From Candidatus Krumholzibacteriia bacterium (lineage in GTDB: Bacteria; Krumholzibacteriota; Krumholzibacteriia; G020349025), in NCBI GenBank assembly GCA_035649275.1, contig DASRJW010000101.1, positions 39,473 through 103,472 on the forward strand: a DNA stretch of 64,000 nucleotides, written 5' to 3'. The notes under the pieces were generated by a model. It saw only the letters and a program-made list of their open reading frames with translations. It did not search any database and was not told where the DNA came from. The position numbers were made by a program, and so were the translations under genes. Below are positions 9,274 through 19,137 of this stretch, one piece after another (the first letter of the stretch is position 1; each line of letters starts with the position of its first letter).

Positions 9274-10341
9274 TCAGTGCGGGTCCGCTTCGTAGGCGGC
9301 GAAGGCCTCGCGGTAGCGTTCCTTCAGGATGTCCCAGGAGAACTGCCGCGAGACTTCCAGGGTGTTGGCCTGCAGCTGGGCGAGCTCGGCCGGCGCCAGG
9401 CCCAAGAAACGCCGCATGGCGGCCTCGGTTTCGGCGGCCTCACGGGTGAAGATGCCGACGGCGTGGGCGGCGAAATCATGGACGTTGCCTTCGGCTTTGA
9501 TGATGACCGGCAGCTCGTAGGCGAGGGCCAGATAGATGGCGGAACAGGTCTCGATGTACTTGTACGGCGCCACGAAGCAATCGGCGGCGCGCAGATAGAG
9601 CTGGATCTCCGCGTCGGGCACGTGCTCGAGACGCAGGTGCAAGCGCGGCAGGTCACGGCAAGCGGCCACGATCTCCGCCGCGAAAGCAGGCGAGGACGGC
9701 TGGCCGGCGACGATGAGGTGCGCCTCCGGATGGTCGGCATGCAGAGCCCGGAAGGCGTCGAGGAGCACGTCGACGCCTTTGTACGGCCGGATGTTGCCGA
9801 AGAAGACGAAGGCCTTGGCTGCGGGCGGGATGCCGAGGCGCTGGCGCGCCTCGGAGCGCGACAGTGTCGCCGGGTAAGCCCCCTCGTAGCTGCCGATGGG
9901 GATGGTGTGCACGTGGCCGCGCGCGCCCCAGCGGCGCTCGGCTTCGGTCCGCACGTCCGGTGTGTGGACGTAGACGACATCGGCGAGACGCCATAACAGT
10001 CGCCGGGAAGCGGCATGCCAGCGCCGGGCACGCTGCAGGTCGTGCACGTCCACCTCGTGCACCGTCCACACGAGCTTGTAGCCGCGCCATTTCGCCAGGA
10101 GCCAGAAGGCGTGCAGGTGCAGGTAGCCCTTGAGACCGAAGAGACGGTGCGGTTGCCGCGGGCGAATGACGAAGAAGATCTCCGGCCAGTGGAAGTGCAG
10201 GTAGTGGAAGCGCGCCAGCGGACCGCGCCGCAGCAGGTAGCGGAGCGAGAAGGGGACTTGCACGTAGCGCAGGTCGATGCGCTCGAGCGCCTGATAGAGG
10301 AGATGGTTGTACACGTTCCCCGAGTTGCGGTCGGGGATCAT
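9274..10341 (-). CDS. glycosyltransferase family 4 (GT1-fold)
   Basis: ATG 10341 (MIPDRNSGNVYNHLLY...); Glycos_transf_1-like C-domain (PYKGVDVLLDAF...ETCSAIYLALAYELPVI); 11 bp downstream of rmd-like gene. Confidence 0.8.
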   Translation of the reverse strand: MIPDRNSGNVYNHLLYQALERIDLRYVQVPFSLRYLLRRGPLARFHYLHFHWPEIFFVIRPRQPHRLFGLKGYLHLHAFWLLAKWRGYKLVWTVHEVDVHDLQRARRWHAASRRLLWRLADVVYVHTPDVRTEAERRWGARGHVHTIPIGSYEGAYPATLSRSEARQRLGIPPAAKAFVFFGNIRPYKGVDVLLDAFRALHADHPEAHLIVAGQPSSPAFAAEIVAACRDLPRLHLRLEHVPDAEIQLYLRAADCFVAPYKYIETCSAIYLALAYELPVIIKAEGNVHDFAAHAVGIFTREAAETEAAMRRFLGLAPAELAQLQANTLEVSRQFSWDILKERYREAFAAYEADPH

Positions 10342-10352
10342 GGTGATGACGC

Positions 10353-11300
10353 TCACGATCGGGCTGCGCTTCCTGCCAGACGCCGGCGCCAGTCGTCGAG
10401 CACATCGGCCAGTGTCCTCTCCATGGGGATCTCTGCTTCCCAGCCCGTGCGCTCGCGCAGCCGGCTGCTGTCGCCCACCAGGATGGGGAGATCGGAAGGC
10501 CGCAGGCGGGCGGGATCCGCTTCGAGACGGAGGGGCAGACGGCTGCGCTGCAAGAGCGCGGCGACCAGGCTCTGCAGCGACTCCGCCCGGCCGCGGCAAA
10601 CATTGTAAGCACGCCCGGCCTCGCCGTGCTCGAGCAGCAGAGCATAGGCGCGCACCACGTCGCGCACGTCGAGGAAGTCCCGGCTGACCTCGAGGTTGCC
10701 GACGCGCACCACCGGCGGACGGGCGCCGGCCTCGGCGGCGGCGATCTGCTTCGCCACCGCCGGGAGGACGAAGTCGTCGCTTTGTCCCGGGCCGCTATGG
10801 TTGAAGCTGCGCACGACCACGACATCCAGCCCGTGAGCCGTGTGGTACTGCAGCGCCAGGAATTCCTGCGCCACCTTGCTCACCGCGTAAGGGCTCGACG
10901 GGCGGAAGGGCTGCTCCTCGCGCAAGGGCAGCTCGTCCGCCCGCACCCGCCCGTACTGCTCCGCCGAGCCGATGACCAAGACCCGCGTCGCCGGGCGCGG
11001 GCGCAGCGCCTCGAAGAGATTGCAGGCCGACAGCAGATTGTTCGCCAAGGTTTGCTGCGGCGCTGCGAACGACCGCGCCACGGAGGAAACGCTGGCCAGG
11101 TGCACGACGGCGTCGGGGCGCAGGTCGTGGACGAGCTCGCGCACCGCCTCGGCCTGGGTGAGGTCGCAGGCCCGGTGTGTCTCGGGGGCGGGCGTCTCCG
11201 GGCGATCGGTGCCCCAGACTTCGTGGCCCAGGGCCTCGAGGTGCCGGAGCAGGTGCGGGCCGACGAAGCCGCGGGCTCCGGTGACCAGGATGCGCGCCAC
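10353..11300 (-). CDS. rmd: NAD-dependent epimerase/dehydratase, GDP-4-dehydro-6-deoxy-D-mannose reductase (Rmd)-like
   Basis: MARILVTGARGFVGPHLLRHL Rossmann GxxGxxG, YAVSK catalytic YxxxK; 1 bp after gmd stop, classic gmd-rmd pairing. Confidence 0.7.
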   Translation of the reverse strand: MARILVTGARGFVGPHLLRHLEALGHEVWGTDRPETPAPETHRACDLTQAEAVRELVHDLRPDAVVHLASVSSVARSFAAPQQTLANNLLSACNLFEALRPRPATRVLVIGSAEQYGRVRADELPLREEQPFRPSSPYAVSKVAQEFLALQYHTAHGLDVVVVRSFNHSGPGQSDDFVLPAVAKQIAAAEAGARPPVVRVGNLEVSRDFLDVRDVVRAYALLLEHGEAGRAYNVCRGRAESLQSLVAALLQRSRLPLRLEADPARLRPSDLPILVGDSSRLRERTGWEAEIPMERTLADVLDDWRRRLAGSAARS

Positions 11301-11301
11301 G

Positions 11302-12261
11302 TCAGCGCCCCACGCGTTCGAGGTCGGCTTGCACCATCATCTCGACGAGCTCGGGGAGCTGTACCCGGGCACGCCAGTCGAAGGCTTGCTCCGCTTTGCG
11401 GCAGTCGCCCACCAGCTCGTGGATCTCGGCGGGCCGCACGAAGCGCGGGTCCGCCACCACGTGCTCCTCCCAATCGAGGCCCACCGCCTCGAAGGCGAGC
11501 CGGGCAAACTCGCGCACCGAATGCGTCTTCCCCGAGGCGATGACGAAATCATCGGGCTGCTCGAGCTGCAACATCTGCCACATGGCACGGACGTAATCCC
11601 CGGCGAAACCCCAGTCGCGCCGCGCCTCCAGGTTGCCGAGGGCGAGCTTGTCCTGCAGGCCCGCCTTGATGCGGGCAGCGCCGTCGGTGATCTTACGGGT
11701 GACGAACTCCAGACCGCGCCGCGGCGACTCGTGATTGAAGAGGATGCCCGAGGCGACGAAGAGCCCGTAGCTGTCGCGGTAGTTCACCGCGATGTCGTGG
11801 CCGTAGACCTTGGCGACGCCGTAGGGGCTGCGCGGCCGGAAGGGTGTCGCCTCGTTCTGCGGCGATTCCGTGGCATTGCCGAACATCTCGCTCGAGGAGG
11901 CCTGGTAGAAGCGCGCCTCCGGGGCGAGCAGGCGCATGGCCTCGAGCATGCGGGTGACGCCGAGGGCAGTGAACTCCCCAGTGAGCACCGGCTGGTTCCA
12001 CGACGTCTGCACGAAAGACTGGGCGGCCAGGTTGTAGATCTCCTGCGGCCGGGCGGCGCGGATGGCTTCGAGCAGCGAGTTCGGGTCCAGGAGGTCGCCG
12101 GGGAGCAGGTGCAACCGGTCCTGGACGTGCTGGATGCGTTCGAAGTTGAGGGTGCTGCTCCGGCGCACCAGTCCATACACCTCGTACCCCCGTTCCAGGA
12201 GGAACTCGGCGAGGTAGGAACCGTCCTGGCCGGTGACACCGGTGATCAAAGCGCTCGGCAC
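11302..12261 (-). CDS. gmd: GDP-mannose 4,6-dehydratase
   Basis: [27 protein letters not shown]...SSSEMFG...YGVAKVYG; near-canonical GMD sequence. Confidence 0.92.
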   Translation of the reverse strand: MPSALITGVTGQDGSYLAEFLLERGYEVYGLVRRSSTLNFERIQHVQDRLHLLPGDLLDPNSLLEAIRAARPQEIYNLAAQSFVQTSWNQPVLTGEFTALGVTRMLEAMRLLAPEARFYQASSSEMFGNATESPQNEATPFRPRSPYGVAKVYGHDIAVNYRDSYGLFVASGILFNHESPRRGLEFVTRKITDGAARIKAGLQDKLALGNLEARRDWGFAGDYVRAMWQMLQLEQPDDFVIASGKTHSVREFARLAFEAVGLDWEEHVVADPRFVRPAEIHELVGDCRKAEQAFDWRARVQLPELVEMMVQADLERVGR

Positions 12262-12500
12262 GAAGCCTCCGCGGGGGACGAGGCGGGCTGGAGGCCGGCC
12301 GCCCGCCGGGGGCCGTTCGAGGGGCGTATCTCACGTCAGGATAGCACACTAGCCGCGAGATGGCGGTGCTCGAGGCGGCCGGGCCGAAGACCCGGCCGGG
12401 ACCACCGGGGGAAGACGGAAAGAACGGTACAAAGGGAACCTTTCTTGCGGCTTCCGGAGGGCCCCATGGACTAATGTAGGAAAAGAGGGGCCGGCGAACT

Positions 12501-13118
12501 TTGGGAGGTCGGATGGAACTCACGCAGCAAACAGGGCTCGTGGTGGTGGACGTGCAGCGCGACTTCCTCCTCGAGGGCACGCTTCCCGTTCCTCGTAGCA
12601 ACGAGGTCGTGGCAACGGCCAGCCGTTTGGCCGAAGGCTTTCATGCGGCTGGCTTGCTCGTCGCTTGCACCCGCGCCTGGCTGCCTGCGGATCACAAGAG
12701 CTTCCGCGGTCATGGAGGACAACTGCCGGTGCATTGTGTCCAGGATACCCACGGCGCCGAGTTCGCCGACGATCTCGTCATTCCGCCGGATACGTGGATC
12801 CTTTCCAAGGGCACGAACCGAACGCAGAGCGCCCTCTCCGCCTTCGACGGCACCGATTTCGGCGAGCGCTTGCGCAAGGCCGGGATCGAAACGCTGCTCA
12901 TCTGCGGCTTGGCCACGGAAACCGGGGTCAAGCACACGGTGCTCGACGCTCTCGAATCGGGTTTCGGCGCCTACATCGTGGCCGACGCCTGCCGTCCCTT
13001 CAACAAGCACGTCGGTGACGGGGCCCGCTCCGTCGAAGAGATGCTGCGCGCTGGGGCTCGCATCGTGAGCTCCGGTGCCGTACGCAACGCCTTGGAGACT
13101 TTCTCCGCCACGGAGTGA
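12501..13118 (+). CDS. isochorismatase-family (cysteine-hydrolase superfamily) protein, nicotinamidase-like metal site
   Basis: VVVDVQRDF, DHKSF..GHGGQLPVHCVQDTHGAEF (PncA-like D/H metal ligands); GLATETGV where PncA has GIATDHCV so catalytic Cys position looks like Gly. Confidence 0.75.
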   Translation: MGGRMELTQQTGLVVVDVQRDFLLEGTLPVPRSNEVVATASRLAEGFHAAGLLVACTRAWLPADHKSFRGHGGQLPVHCVQDTHGAEFADDLVIPPDTWILSKGTNRTQSALSAFDGTDFGERLRKAGIETLLICGLATETGVKHTVLDALESGFGAYIVADACRPFNKHVGDGARSVEEMLRAGARIVSSGAVRNALETFSATE

Positions 13119-13203
13119 ATCCCGTCACGCTTCCTCCCCTCGCTGTCCGAGCCGGGCGCCGCGCTCGGTACGCAGCACCCTGCTTCAAGTTCTCCCGAAA
13201 GCC

Positions 13204-13232
13204 GCGAACCCCCGTTCGAGACGGGGGTTCGC
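13204..13232. terminator. GC-rich hairpin (GCGAACCCCCG-TTCGAGA-CGGGGGTTCGC) between convergent genes
   Basis: perfect 11-bp inverted repeat 86 nt after the isochorismatase-family gene stop; no U-tract. Confidence 0.35.
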
Positions 13233-13450
13233 ACGGATCAGGTCTGCTAGGGGGGAGGTGTCGCCTGGTCCGTTTACGAGAGGGGGTTTGGCCCGGGCCG
13301 CAGCATCGTGGCCGAACGAGTCGCCACGCCCGCAACCCGGGGTCCAAACTTCCACCTCATACTACGCTTGTCGGGGCGAGAAAGTGCCGTCCCAGTGCGG
13401 GAAAGCGGCGGACGGCCCCTGGTCCGGGCCGGGAAGCGGTCAATTTCCGG

Positions 13451-15766
13451 TCAATGGGGCCCACGAGCTTGAGTTCCAGGCGCTTCCAGGCGCAGGGCCC
13501 AGGCGGCCCGCCGGCGCAGGTCCTCGAAGTGCAGGGCCTCGGCCGCTTCCAGACCGTAGCCTCCCAGGTCCGCCAAGGTCGAATCGACCCTTTGCGGTGC
13601 CCCGCCCCGCAGTTCCGCCAGGGCCCGCAACTCGAGAACGGCGAGTTTGACGTCCGAGGAAAGCACGGTGTCGGTAGCGGCAGCCAGAGGGCCGAGCTCC
13701 TCTCGCGCCTCGGCGAACCGCTCGGCGTAGTAGAGGCGGCGGCCGAGGAGATACCGCGGCAGCGGCGCCGACGGCACCTGCGCCCGCACCCAGGCGAGGG
13801 AAGCCAGGCCTGCCGCCTCGGGAAGCACTTCGGTGAGATAGGGGCAGAGGGCTTGGCGGAGCTCCGGAGCTCGCAGCGCCGCTCGTGCGACCTGGAAGGC
13901 GCGCCTCTCGGGGCGTGACACCGCCAACGATTCCGCCCCCGCGTAGCTCGCCGCCGCCCCCTCGAACTCCCCCAGTGTCCACTGGGCGTCACCCAGCTCG
14001 TCGAGGGCGCGCCCGCGCCAGGACTGCGGCAGGGCCGGCGTGTCCAGCAGTGCGAGGAGCGCACGGCGCGACTCGGCGGCTTTACCAGCCTCGAGGTAGA
14101 GACGCGCCAGTCCGAGCTGGTGGCTCGGGCTGTCGGGCTCGAGGCGAAGGATCCCGGCATAGAGGCTCTCGGCGCGGGCGAACTGCTCGCTTTGTCGGGC
14201 CCCGGCGAGTTCCGTTTGCAAACGCGCCTGCTCGCGCGCACAGGGGAGGGCGAAGATCGCCGGCGGGCGATACTGCCGCTCGGCGCGGAGCAGCTGCAGC
14301 GGTGTGAGCCGCACCGGCGCCAGCTTCACTCGTTTCCACTCGCGTACCAGATCGTCGAGGCTGCGGCCATAGGCGCGCTCGAACTTGCGCGTGGACCACA
14401 GCACGCGGAAGGGTTCCATCCCGTACGCCGTCACCAGGTGGTGCACGAAGGAGCCCGCCGCCGTGTACGCCCGCGCCCCCGGCTGGGTCCAGAACCCGAA
14501 GGCGCCGAGCAAAGAGCCCAGGTCCGGCAAGAGACCCAAGCTGTCCATGGCGGCGCAGGCCTCGTCTGGCGTCAGGCCGAGGCGCCCGCTTTCCTCGCGC
14601 CATTCCGCTGCCACGGCGATGCCCTCGTGGATGCCGATCTGCGGGCAGATGGGCCACCAGCGCTGCAGGTGGGCGGCGAAGATGTGAGCCAGCTCGTGGC
14701 GCAGAACCGGATGGGGCCAGCTCGCCGCGTTGAGGTGGATCTCATCGGTGAGCGCGTCCTCGAAGCTCGTGCCCCCAGCGCCCATGAGACGTTTCTTCTT
14801 CTCCGCCGAGGCATAGACATAGCTGCCGATCCGTCCCGGAACATCGAAACCGAAGAACTCGCGCAGCTCGGCGTAGTGGAACTCGTGCTCCCTGGCCAAC
14901 TCCTGGGCGCGCTCTCGCGTATAGGCCTGGACGTCGTAGTAGACATCGCAGTGTTCGGTGGCGAGGTGACCGCCGAGGGCGCGACGGATGTCTCCGGCGT
15001 CCGGGCGCAGCCCCAGCCGGCCCGCATTCACCTGCAAGGCGGCGAAAACGAGGAGGGCGCAGAGCGCCAGGGGACCAGCGACGGCGCGGGCTCCCGTCCA
15101 GGGGTCGGAGAGGGCACGCCAGCGCAAGCGCACACCGTCCCAGAGCATGACGGCGAGGAGGGCGAACAGGATCGCTTCGACGACCACGATCGTTCGCGCC
15201 AGGAGCAGGAGCGGCGTGAGTGGCACCGCCTGGTCGTACAACGGACCGGGAAAGAAGCCGACGAAGGCGTTGTAGGCGAAGATGGGCGGTTGGCGCACGA
15301 TGTTCCAAAGCACGTAGACGTAGGTGGCCAGGCTCCAGAGCAGGAGGTGGAAGCGCGCCCATCCGGTTCGGTGGGCGAGCCCGAGCGCGAAACCGAGGGT
15401 CGTCCCATAGAGAACTCCGGGCACGGTGAAGAGGGCATAGAACTGCAGGCCTTCGCTCCAGTTGCAGTTGGGAACGCGGACCGCGTTGGCGCCGATGATG
15501 ACGAGGGGGAAGAAGAGGAGGAGGAGATTCTGCACCCCGACCTGGAGCAGGGCCGCACCCGGGAAGCCGCGCCTCCTTGCCTGCCGCGGCACGAACACCT
15601 GGCGCGCCGAGGCTGCGGCGGCGCAGGCGCGCCAGCCGGAGACATAGGCGAGGAGGGCACCCATGCCGACGGAGAACTCGAAGGCGAGCAGGTTGAACAG
15701 GGGGACGAAGGCGAGGGCGATGGAAACGAGCGAAACGAAGACGGCTGCCAGGAGCCACGACGCCAT
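13451..15766 (-). CDS. polytopic membrane protein with peptidase MA-like HExxH domain and C-terminal TPR repeats
   Basis: about 8 predicted TM helices N-terminal, VLRHELAHIFAAH...HEGIAVAAEW gluzincin-like motif, then TPR-like helical repeats; start MASWLLAAVF at 15766 (or 15787). Confidence 0.6.
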   Translation of the reverse strand: MASWLLAAVFVSLVSIALAFVPLFNLLAFEFSVGMGALLAYVSGWRACAAAASARQVFVPRQARRRGFPGAALLQVGVQNLLLLFFPLVIIGANAVRVPNCNWSEGLQFYALFTVPGVLYGTTLGFALGLAHRTGWARFHLLLWSLATYVYVLWNIVRQPPIFAYNAFVGFFPGPLYDQAVPLTPLLLLARTIVVVEAILFALLAVMLWDGVRLRWRALSDPWTGARAVAGPLALCALLVFAALQVNAGRLGLRPDAGDIRRALGGHLATEHCDVYYDVQAYTRERAQELAREHEFHYAELREFFGFDVPGRIGSYVYASAEKKKRLMGAGGTSFEDALTDEIHLNAASWPHPVLRHELAHIFAAHLQRWWPICPQIGIHEGIAVAAEWREESGRLGLTPDEACAAMDSLGLLPDLGSLLGAFGFWTQPGARAYTAAGSFVHHLVTAYGMEPFRVLWSTRKFERAYGRSLDDLVREWKRVKLAPVRLTPLQLLRAERQYRPPAIFALPCAREQARLQTELAGARQSEQFARAESLYAGILRLEPDSPSHQLGLARLYLEAGKAAESRRALLALLDTPALPQSWRGRALDELGDAQWTLGEFEGAAASYAGAESLAVSRPERRAFQVARAALRAPELRQALCPYLTEVLPEAAGLASLAWVRAQVPSAPLPRYLLGRRLYYAERFAEAREELGPLAAATDTVLSSDVKLAVLELRALAELRGGAPQRVDSTLADLGGYGLEAAEALHFEDLRRRAAWALRLEAPGTQARGPH

Positions 15767-15902
15767 GCTTTGCCCTTCGTCATCCAACCGCTGCCGCCGG
15801 CGCAGCGCCCCCTCCCGGAGCCGATGCTAGACTGGAGAACCGCAGTCCCGCCAGCGACGATTGGGTTCAAACCGCAGCGAGCGCCCGCCCAGGAGGAAAA
15901 CG

Positions 15903-16274
15903 ATGCGATTCCCGACCACGATCTGTTGCGCGGCGGCCGCTGCCGCTGCGCTCTCGGTCGCTTTCCAGAGCGGCCGCGGCGACCAAGGGCCTGCTCCGCC
16001 CCGAATCCTCGGAGTCTACGGCGTGGGGGGCGTGATCGGCGAGGACGGGACGCTCTGGCAATACATGCCGGACCGCAAGAAATGGCTCAGCATCGACGAG
16101 GCCTTCCGGGGGGAGGACCAGGAAACCCACATCCTGCCCCTTCCGGTGGCAGCGAAGGACATCCAGTTCATGGAGAGCTGGGGTTTCCTGGTCACCCGGA
16201 GCGGCGAGTGCTGGCACTACGACCTCGCAGCCAATCGCTGGCAGAACGTGGGGCCTCCGCCCATGGCCCGGTAG
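15903..16274 (+). CDS. small secreted hypothetical protein
   Basis: ATG 15903 gives signal peptide MRFPTTICCAAAAAAALSVA; 123 aa. Confidence 0.45.
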   Translation: MRFPTTICCAAAAAAALSVAFQSGRGDQGPAPPRILGVYGVGGVIGEDGTLWQYMPDRKKWLSIDEAFRGEDQETHILPLPVAAKDIQFMESWGFLVTRSGECWHYDLAANRWQNVGPPPMAR

Positions 16275-16446
16275 CCTGCCGCCGCCACCAGGGTGGAGTG
16301 GACAGGACGGGCCTGAGCCGCCGGAGCGTGGGCCAGCGGCGATGCAAACCCCAAAGGGGGTAGGGACTTTCCGGCGGCGCCGCTGTATCCTTGAGTTGGC
16401 TGGTTCGAGGCGCCAGAGCCCACTGCCCCTGTTGGGAGGTTCTCTC

Positions 16447-17469
16447 ATGCGTCGCCTCACGGTTGTTCTCGCCGCTCTCATCCTGCTCGCGAGCACTGCT
16501 GCTTGGGGTCACGACGAGAAGCTCCAGGCGGAATTGCTGGACGAAGTCCTGCGACTCACGCAGGCCCAAGTACCGAATGAGGTCGTTCTCGAGCAGATCA
16601 AGGCCTGGGGCTTCGTCTTCGAGCTGAACGCGGACGACATCGTGGAGCTGCGCTCGCTCGGGGTGAGCGACGACGTTCTCGACGCGCTCATCGGCACGGC
16701 GAACGACGAAAACATGGAAGTGCACACGCGGAGCCAGGTGGTCTTCAGCGCCGGCTACTACGCTCCCTGGTACTGGTACCCCGTGGCCTGGGGCGGCTAC
16801 TACGATCCGTTCCCGAGTCTGTATTGCAGCTACTACTACCCCTTCCACTACAGCGCGCATTTCGGTTACTACGGCTGGTGCGGTGGCACGTACTACGCTC
16901 ACTACTATCCGAACACCTGGGGCCGGGAAGCCTGGCATGCTGGGCGGAGAGTTCCAGGGGCGCCCTACAGCGTCGCCGGCGGCCTGACCGCGCGGCGCGC
17001 CGGGACGATGACGGTGCCCACCTCAGGCGGCATGCGGAGCCGGGAGGCGACTCCCCGCATCATCCGGAACGGCACGCAGGCGAGCACTGCCCTGCGCCGG
17101 GGGGAGTTGCGCAGCGTGGAACGGCAACGTGGCGCGCCAACCGCCACCCCTGTGGGTGCGCGGCGCGGCGGCTACGACCGCGGGCGCAGCAACGCGGCGC
17201 GGCAGGAGATCGCGCGGCGACAAGGGAACGGGTTCCGGACCATGACGCCGGCCGGGCAAGCACGCGTCGCGGCGCCAACCCGGTGGCGGTCGTCGGGCGG
17301 CAGCGCCAACCGGAGCTTCCAAGGGTTTTCGGCCAGGTCACGCGGCTCCTTCTCCAGCCCGGGCGCAGCGCCGCGTTTCCAATCCATGCCTCGCGGCGGC
17401 AGTATGCCGCGGATGTCCGCGCCGCCGGCGGCGATCAGCGCCCGCTTCGGGGCCGCCCGGGGCCGCTGA
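16447..17469 (+). CDS. secreted hypothetical protein with Tyr/Trp/Gly-rich segment and basic RG/S-rich tail
   Basis: ATG 16447 signal peptide MRRLTVVLAALILLASTAAWG; YYAPWYWYPVAWGGYYDPFPSLYCSYYYPFHYSAHFGYYGWCGGTYYAHYYP; low-complexity Arg/Gly/Ser C-terminus. Confidence 0.45.
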   Translation: MRRLTVVLAALILLASTAAWGHDEKLQAELLDEVLRLTQAQVPNEVVLEQIKAWGFVFELNADDIVELRSLGVSDDVLDALIGTANDENMEVHTRSQVVFSAGYYAPWYWYPVAWGGYYDPFPSLYCSYYYPFHYSAHFGYYGWCGGTYYAHYYPNTWGREAWHAGRRVPGAPYSVAGGLTARRAGTMTVPTSGGMRSREATPRIIRNGTQASTALRRGELRSVERQRGAPTATPVGARRGGYDRGRSNAARQEIARRQGNGFRTMTPAGQARVAAPTRWRSSGGSANRSFQGFSARSRGSFSSPGAAPRFQSMPRGGSMPRMSAPPAAISARFGAARGR

Positions 17470-17497
17470 AACCAAGTTCGATCCTCGCCTTCGATGC

Positions 17498-17523
17498 AAC
17501 GGCCTCCCTCAGTGGAGGCCGTT
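17498..17523. terminator. hairpin AACGGCCTCC-CTCAGT-GGAGGCCGTT between convergent genes
   Basis: perfect 10-bp inverted repeat 29 nt after stop of 16447..17469 and 37 nt after stop of minus gene 17560..19044. Confidence 0.4.
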
Positions 17524-17559
17524 CTCGTGCTGGGGGCGCTCTCCGCTCGGACCTGAAGA

Positions 17560-19044
17560 TCAGAAGCTTCCGCCACCCACCTCGATCACGTAGGTGAACC
17601 GCTCCACCGGCAGCAGCCCCGAGGCCTGCAAACCGGCTCGCACTCCCCAGAAGTCCGTGAGCTTGGAGAGGAAGGACAGCTTGGAGTGTCGGATGTTGGC
17701 GCGGAACTTGATGCCCGTCTCCAGCGCCCCATATCGCCGCTTCTCGTTGAGGTCGTTCTCGTCACTTTCGTAGCCCAGGGAAAAATAGCCATCCAGCCAG
17801 CGTGAGGCGGACGGGGTGTACAAGAGCGTCCAGCCGAAGTCGCGCAGGCCGTCGTCCATGAAATAGAGGCGATTCACGATCCAGCCGCCGGTCAAGGGAT
17901 CGGAGAAGTGCCAGAAGATGAAGAGCGGGAAGGTGGTACTGAACCCGGCGCGGCCATCCATGCGGAAGGCGAAGTTCACCGACTTGACGAACGACTCCTG
18001 CGTGATCCAGTTGCCGAAGTTCTTGATGTCCCTGGCGGACGACACCGCGGGCCACTCCGGGTCGCCTTTGTCGGCGATGAAGGGCACCAGGGCGGGATCG
18101 TCCTTGGCCAGGTCGGGGCGCGGGAAAGGCCGCAGCTCGTACTGGGCGGAGCCGCCGGCGTACACGCCGCGCTTGGTGTAGCCGTCGCGCAGTGGGCTGT
18201 CCTCCGGGAGAGGCGGGAAGACGCGGTACGGCGGGGTGCGCACCTTGGCGAACCAGGACTGGAAGCTGCCGGCGAAGAGATGGCCGCCGCTGATGATGTC
18301 CCGCACGCCCCAGGCATCGTTGGCGCGCCGGTTGACGTCGTAGCCCGGGGTGTAATAGCCGTCGCCATTCTTGTCGGTGCAGCCCGCGTGTTTGCCCTCC
18401 TCCACCAGCACGGTCATCGGAAAACGCGTGTCCTGGTCGACGCCGAGAGTGTTGTCGTACCAGAGGACGCCGTGGGCCTTGCACTTCACCGTGGCGATGA
18501 TGATGGAGAGAGGGCAATCGTTGCACTGGGGGCGCGCCCACACGACGAGCTTCATCTCGGTCGATTCGACGTCGTGGTGGTGGCCGCCGAATCCTGCTTC
18601 CGACGGGTAGTAATAGAAGTAATCGAGATCGATCCCCGCGACGGCCTTCAGGTTGAGCACCCCTTGGCCACGGTCGTCCGGGGTGGGGAAGTAGCCTGCA
18701 CCGCTGTAGTTCAGGCGCCGGAGGAGGGTGCGCACCCGGTAGTACACCAGCGGAGCATCGGGGGCGGCCTCGAAGGGGAAGGAGGTGGGCATGCGGATGT
18801 CCGTTCCCTCGGCCCCGGCGAGGAGTGGCTCGTCGGGAGAGAACCAGAGAATCGGTGCACAATAGGCCGCCAGCTTCGCGAGGGTGATGAGAGAGTCCGT
18901 ACCCGTCCACACGATGGCGTCGTAGGGGGAGTATTCGCAGCAGGGAATCTTGTTGACGTCGAAATCCACGTGGCGCGCCGCCTGAGCGGTGCCGAAGGCC
19001 GGGAGCAGTGCGAGAAAAGAGAAGAGCACGGCTCGTGGCTGCAT
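17560..19044 (-). CDS. secreted hypothetical protein (494 aa)
   Basis: ATG 19044 gives MQPRAVLFSFLALLPAFGTAQAA signal peptide; Asp/Gly-rich DKNGDGYYTPGYD segment; likely co-transcribed downstream of O-methyltransferase. Confidence 0.5.
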   Translation of the reverse strand: MQPRAVLFSFLALLPAFGTAQAARHVDFDVNKIPCCEYSPYDAIVWTGTDSLITLAKLAAYCAPILWFSPDEPLLAGAEGTDIRMPTSFPFEAAPDAPLVYYRVRTLLRRLNYSGAGYFPTPDDRGQGVLNLKAVAGIDLDYFYYYPSEAGFGGHHHDVESTEMKLVVWARPQCNDCPLSIIIATVKCKAHGVLWYDNTLGVDQDTRFPMTVLVEEGKHAGCTDKNGDGYYTPGYDVNRRANDAWGVRDIISGGHLFAGSFQSWFAKVRTPPYRVFPPLPEDSPLRDGYTKRGVYAGGSAQYELRPFPRPDLAKDDPALVPFIADKGDPEWPAVSSARDIKNFGNWITQESFVKSVNFAFRMDGRAGFSTTFPLFIFWHFSDPLTGGWIVNRLYFMDDGLRDFGWTLLYTPSASRWLDGYFSLGYESDENDLNEKRRYGALETGIKFRANIRHSKLSFLSKLTDFWGVRAGLQASGLLPVERFTYVIEVGGGSF

Positions 19045-19137
19045 CGATGTCCTCCCGATCGAGGCAGTGTAGCGATTGCCGTGCACTCGTGGTGGACGAG
19101 TGCTGACGAGCGAAGTCCGGTCGAGGGCGCCAAGGGG

